The translations under genes were made by a program, and so were the position numbers. From Amphiscolops sp. MND2022 (Eukaryota), in the NCBI GenBank assembly GCA_964187785.1, contig OZ076417.1:61008001-61072000 (forward strand): a stretch of 64,000 bases of DNA. Reading direction: 5' to 3'. Within the stretch, counting starts at the first letter, position 1; each line of letters begins with the position of its first letter. The notes under the pieces are model-generated. The model searched no databases. It was not told the DNA's origin and worked only from the letters and a program-made list of their open reading frames with translations. Positions 61,801 through 64,000 of this stretch are shown here, in pieces.

Positions 61801-63702
61801 TGGAGCTTCTAACAATCTTTTCTTCAGCGTTCGGAACGCTTTGTCATGTTCTTCGGTCCATGTGAATTTTAATCCTTTGCTCGTCAACAAATAAAGTGGT
61901 CGCGCCACTTCCGCGAAATTTTGGACAAACTTCCGATAATAGTTGCAGAAGGCAACAAATGAGCGAACTCCGGTGACGTCGGTCGGAGGCTCCCATTCGC
62001 GTACTGCCGCTAACTTTTTCGGATCCGGTTGGATCCCTTCCTTGTTAATCACATGACCTAGATAGTGGACCTCGGTGCGGAATAAGTTGCATTTCTTCGG
62101 TTTAAGACGTAAACCGGCCTTGCGCAAAACTATAAACACCTTTTCTAAATGCTCCAAATGTTCTTCTGGAGTTTTGCTAAACGTTAGCACATCATCTAGG
62201 AATATGAGCACATGTTTATACAGATCTTCTTTAAAAATGTCGTTCATGTTCCTTTGGAAAGTTGGCGGGGCGTTCGTTAAGCCAAACGGCATCTTCAAAC
62301 ACTCATATAACCCTCCATCCGGAGTACAAAATGCCGTTTTGTGCCGGTCTTCGGCCGCGACTGGAATCTGCCAATAGCCACTTGCTAAATCGAGAGACGA
62401 GAATACTCCCGCCCCTTGCAGTGCATCAATCGTTTGACCGATCCGAGGCAACGGATACGCGTCCTTTACGGTAAGGTCGTTCAACTTTCGATAATCTATA
62501 CACATTCGGTTTGAGCCGTCTTTCTTAGGTACCATTACTATGGGACTGCTGAAAGGACTTTTACTCGGTACGATCACTCCTTTCTCAAGCATCTCACGAA
62601 TTTCTTCGCGAACGGCTTCTAATTTATGCGGAGCAATTTTGTAGGGCGAAATTTTGAACGGTTTCGCATCGCCTATGTCTATGCGGTGTTCTACTCCTAC
62701 AGCGGTTCCTAACGGGTCTGAAGGCAGTGAAAACACATCTCTGTAATCACGAATCAAATCTCGCAATTTTTCCTTTATTTCGGCGTTCTCGAGTCCAGGG
62801 GTGGCTAAATTTAGAATTTCGTCAACTTCCTGTTCGAGTTTTTCGTTTATTTCGGAGGCCGCTGGTACTGTGTCAGGACCGGGTACCGTTTCGCAAACAA
62901 ATGCGTCATCTTCCGGCGGGGGAACATGACCGCTTAGGACTTGCATGGGTACTTTGATGATGAAACCATTATCTTTGGGGATCGTTAGTTTTTGTTCGAC
63001 TAAGTCAGTCGAGCATTGATTTTCCATCATGAATTTTAAGCCAATCATGATCTCAGGGTAGAGATCTTCTACAACCACGAATTCATCGGAAGCAACGCAC
63101 GTTCCGATTTTAACTTCTGCTTTTACGATACCTTTGGTAGGCATCTCATTGGCTATTGGGCCTGTTAAACGACTGGGATTGGGGGCTATTGGGTTACCAA
63201 TAGTCTTAGCCAATTCCAAACTCATCAAACTTCTACTAGCACCAGTGTCTATCATGGCCCAACAGCGTAGGCTTTCGACTTCATAGGGGATTAAAAGCGT
63301 GGCCCCTGGAATGTATTGACTATGGGTAAGTTTTCTCGATTTTACCTCATCAGACCGGGCCTGATTTGGAAATTCCGGCTCTTTCTTGGACAAAATTTTC
63401 ACAGAGCCAGGCTCAGCTTGTTTATCCTCAAAAAGATTTTGTATGGGGGGACTATTTACAACAGGGGTATGGGATTCTTTCGGGAAAAAGCCTCCCGGGC
63501 CAAACTCATCACACATTTGTTTCCAAATTTCGGGGTCGATCCGCCTACTGCGATTGCCCGGTCGCAAACGGCTATCGTTACTCCTAGACCTAGAACGAAC
63601 ACGCTGACTTGTTTGCGGAAAATTTGTAGCAGCTGGGGAAGGGATGGAATCCCAAGCGCGAGTAGAGCCTGCTACTGCATACTCGGCTGTCGGTAGTTTA
63701 AA
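58873..63702 (-). CDS. pol: Gypsy Pol (protease, RT, RNase H, macrodomain, integrase), reached by -1 frameshift
   Basis: Open frame from the slippery site to the stop at 58873: DTGA protease; RT LDLASGYWQ, MPFGL, FLDD; RNase H DTDAS, ADGLSR; integrase LHDS..GGH, CTRC, ADILGP, TDQG, GQVERFN; GPY motif. Confidence 0.95.
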   Translation of the reverse strand, partial: FKLPTAEYAVAGSTRAWDSIPSPAATNFPQTSQRVRSRSRSNDSRLRPGNRSRRIDPEIWKQMCDEFGPGGFFPKESHTPVVNSPPIQNLFEDKQAEPGSVKILSKKEPEFPNQARSDEVKSRKLTHSQYIPGATLLIPYEVESLRCWAMIDTGASRSLMSLELAKTIGNPIAPNPSRLTGPIANEMPTKGIVKAEVKIGTCVASDEFVVVEDLYPEIMIGLKFMMENQCSTDLVEQKLTIPKDNGFIIKVPMQVLSGHVPPPEDDAFVCETVPGPDTVPAASEINEKLEQEVDEILNLATPGLENAEIKEKLRDLIRDYRDVFSLPSDPLGTAVGVEHRIDIGDAKPFKISPYKIAPHKLEAVREEIREMLEKGVIVPSKSPFSSPIVMVPKKDGSNRMCIDYRKLNDLTVKDAYPLPRIGQTIDALQGAGVFSSLDLASGYWQIPVAAEDRHKTAFCTPDGGLYECLKMPFGLTNAPPTFQRNMNDIFKEDLYKHVLIFLDDVLTFSKTPEEHLEHLEKVFIVLRKAGLRLKPKKCNLFRTEVHYLGHVINKEGIQPDPKKLAAVREWEPPTDVTGVRSFVAFCNYYRKFVQNFAEVARPLYLLTSKGLKFTWTEEHDKAFRTLKKRLLEAPILAFPNFELPFIIDTDASDTALGAVLSQVIDGIEYPIAFESRVLTKTEVNYATTKREALGVVQAVQWFRPYIYGSKCIIRTDHASLQWLFRQNADGMTFRMVQKLQEYDYQIVHRPGDKHCNADGLSRRPNDVPQWLPGEEDALRGPIPDFTKFDSALFEAERDLRAARTKAREKLENSEDVARHLKMQISHPPREVVRYREGDFFESPDSLVLCVSADMRVATAPMKSFVKTYSYLPPLAESVNRVGGFLVYRDVTKGRYLYILITKHCKGEVAKYDVLKESLLRVKEHASSHGISKLAMPRIGCVDDELEWVNVAICLEVVFQDSYFTISVYTPRDQEQLYPSTSARRGTPRSSSVDSACSVVTPEEMLASEQVGGHISWTRSDSDLAYGQRMDRSTGLLFREMVRRGIRIDGTLEDLGPNPIPREVALEWSCPEALELWSNWDQLALANRVLYRKWKPSNREREIWQAVVPSTMRAEVLYQLHDSPLSGGHFAAEKTLSRIKQRFWWPGLRSSVEKYIAKCTRCAARSTAGKGRKAHLQTIEAKAPFRIVAADILGPVTLAKKSQARYILVISDLYTKYAVAVPLKDMTAKTVATTLVEEWILKFGAPDTLHTDQGTNFNSEVMKDICQVFMIDKTRTSPYHPQGNGQVERFNRVIADTISKYCAEKPQEWDLYLPHVNFVYNTTVHKTLGTTPFSMLYGREAQYPIDLFYPKPPGDPRLELGEVGAELSDKLFEVHSHAQLTMGKEQRRQKDYYQKKVHGESFKTGDRVWLFEPHKAKSRKFHLPWHGPYEVLSQTSEVNYQICKPGCPEKWQNIHFNRPKPYLGESLPKRSERVATKTLPSYEEVADESDSSDQETENRPYHVFRPTSAEIQANKNRPHVSFHDVPRVISAENDEETTLNNCPLYIDVPAPSEESSFPVDEEIPESRNTPPSPDEEDSESDRSDSLIIETTRNRRPPVRFGIDEYVVKPK
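60799..61215 (-). other. TARG1/OARD1-like macrodomain embedded in Pol
   Basis: VRYREGDFFESPDSLVLCVSADMR...GRYLYILITK...YDVLKESLLRVKEHASSHGISKLAMPRIGCVDDELEWVNVAICLEVVFQDSYFTISVY aligns over its whole length with human TARG1 (ITYVKGDLF...DSLAHCISED...RYIYYLITK...[24 protein letters not shown]...ITVY). Confidence 0.88.
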
Positions 63703-64000
63703 GAATTAGACTGCGGAAGACTTGGACATTGCTTAGCGTAGTGACCTATCGCCTTACAATTAAAACATTCCGCTTCTTCGGGGGGAGGGTGCGAAACATT
63801 TAGCTGACCCGACGATCCTGCCCTATTTAGAGGCGCGCGATAATTAGGATTGAGAGGGGCTTGAAAACGGGGAGCTTGCCAACTCTGAGGCTGCCCACCA
63901 ACCGGCCTTTGCGAACTTCCTAACGCTCCTACGATCGCAGATGACATGTCTGTTATACTTCGTACTATGGTTTCTGTTTGTCTGGTCGTCAGCTCGGCTT
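63672..64000 (-). CDS. gag: Gypsy Gag C-terminus (partial) with CCHC zinc knuckle
   Basis: Open to the window edge; CFNCKAIGHYAKQC; stop at 63672-74. Confidence 0.9.
   Translation of the reverse strand, partial: AELTTRQTETIVRSITDMSSAIVGALGSSQRPVGGQPQSWQAPRFQAPLNPNYRAPLNRAGSSGQLNVSHPPPEEAECFNCKAIGHYAKQCPSLPQSNSLNYRQPSMQ
63696..63702 (-). promoter_or_regulatory. -1 ribosomal frameshift slippery heptamer U UUA AAC
   Basis: The gag frame reads TCT TTA AAC; a -1 shift enters the frame that stays open into pol. A downstream stem CGAGTA/TACTCG is possible. Confidence 0.8.

Larger units (their letters stand above)
57209..64000 (-). mobile_element. Ty3/Gypsy element D (5' part outside window), in an upstream GAD intron, same strand as the gene
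   Basis: Open gag end and pol; PPT AGTGGGGGGGAA (57338-57327) is followed by TGTAGG at 57326. The left LTR boundary is uncertain (57209 is the nearest ...CACA end). Confidence 0.85.

Noticed and set aside
1-64000. Hammerhead ribozymes at CTGATGA occurrences
   Set aside because: None of the occurrences I inspected has a GAAA partner with the required three stems.

Overview
AT-rich, transposon-dense animal (metazoan) genomic DNA; the species cannot be determined from sequence alone. One host gene is recognisable: the last two coding exons of a glutamate decarboxylase (GAD-family, PLP-dependent) gene on the minus strand (53081-53170 and 48150-48329), in TE-filled introns. The rest is mostly nested mobile DNA. 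There are four large Ty3/Gypsy LTR retrotransposons: A (1-4194, open pol), B (5898-11152, decayed), C (28284-40923, internally deleted and chimeric) and D (about 57.2 kb to the window end, open gag and pol). A young BEL/Pao element with an intact 2142-aa ORF is inserted inside the 3' LTR of C. Solo LTRs, hAT and Tc1-like MITEs, a LINE RT relic and a minisatellite fill the remainder. Most unusual observations: (1) Gypsy D pol carries a TARG1/OARD1-like macrodomain between RNase H and integrase, with the catalytic Lys and Asp kept but the ADP-ribose-binding glycine loops altered. (2) Both BEL LTRs contain a tRNA(Gly)-like Pol III cassette. (3) The U5 end and PBS of the BEL 5' LTR are replaced by a 148-bp inverted copy of its own gag zinc-knuckle region. 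(4) A 1.3-kb solo LTR with a perfect TSD carries an array of 7-7-7 palindromes spaced at near-integral helical turns, plus an ORF running to the LTR end. All calls come from reading the sequence by eye; no searches were run.
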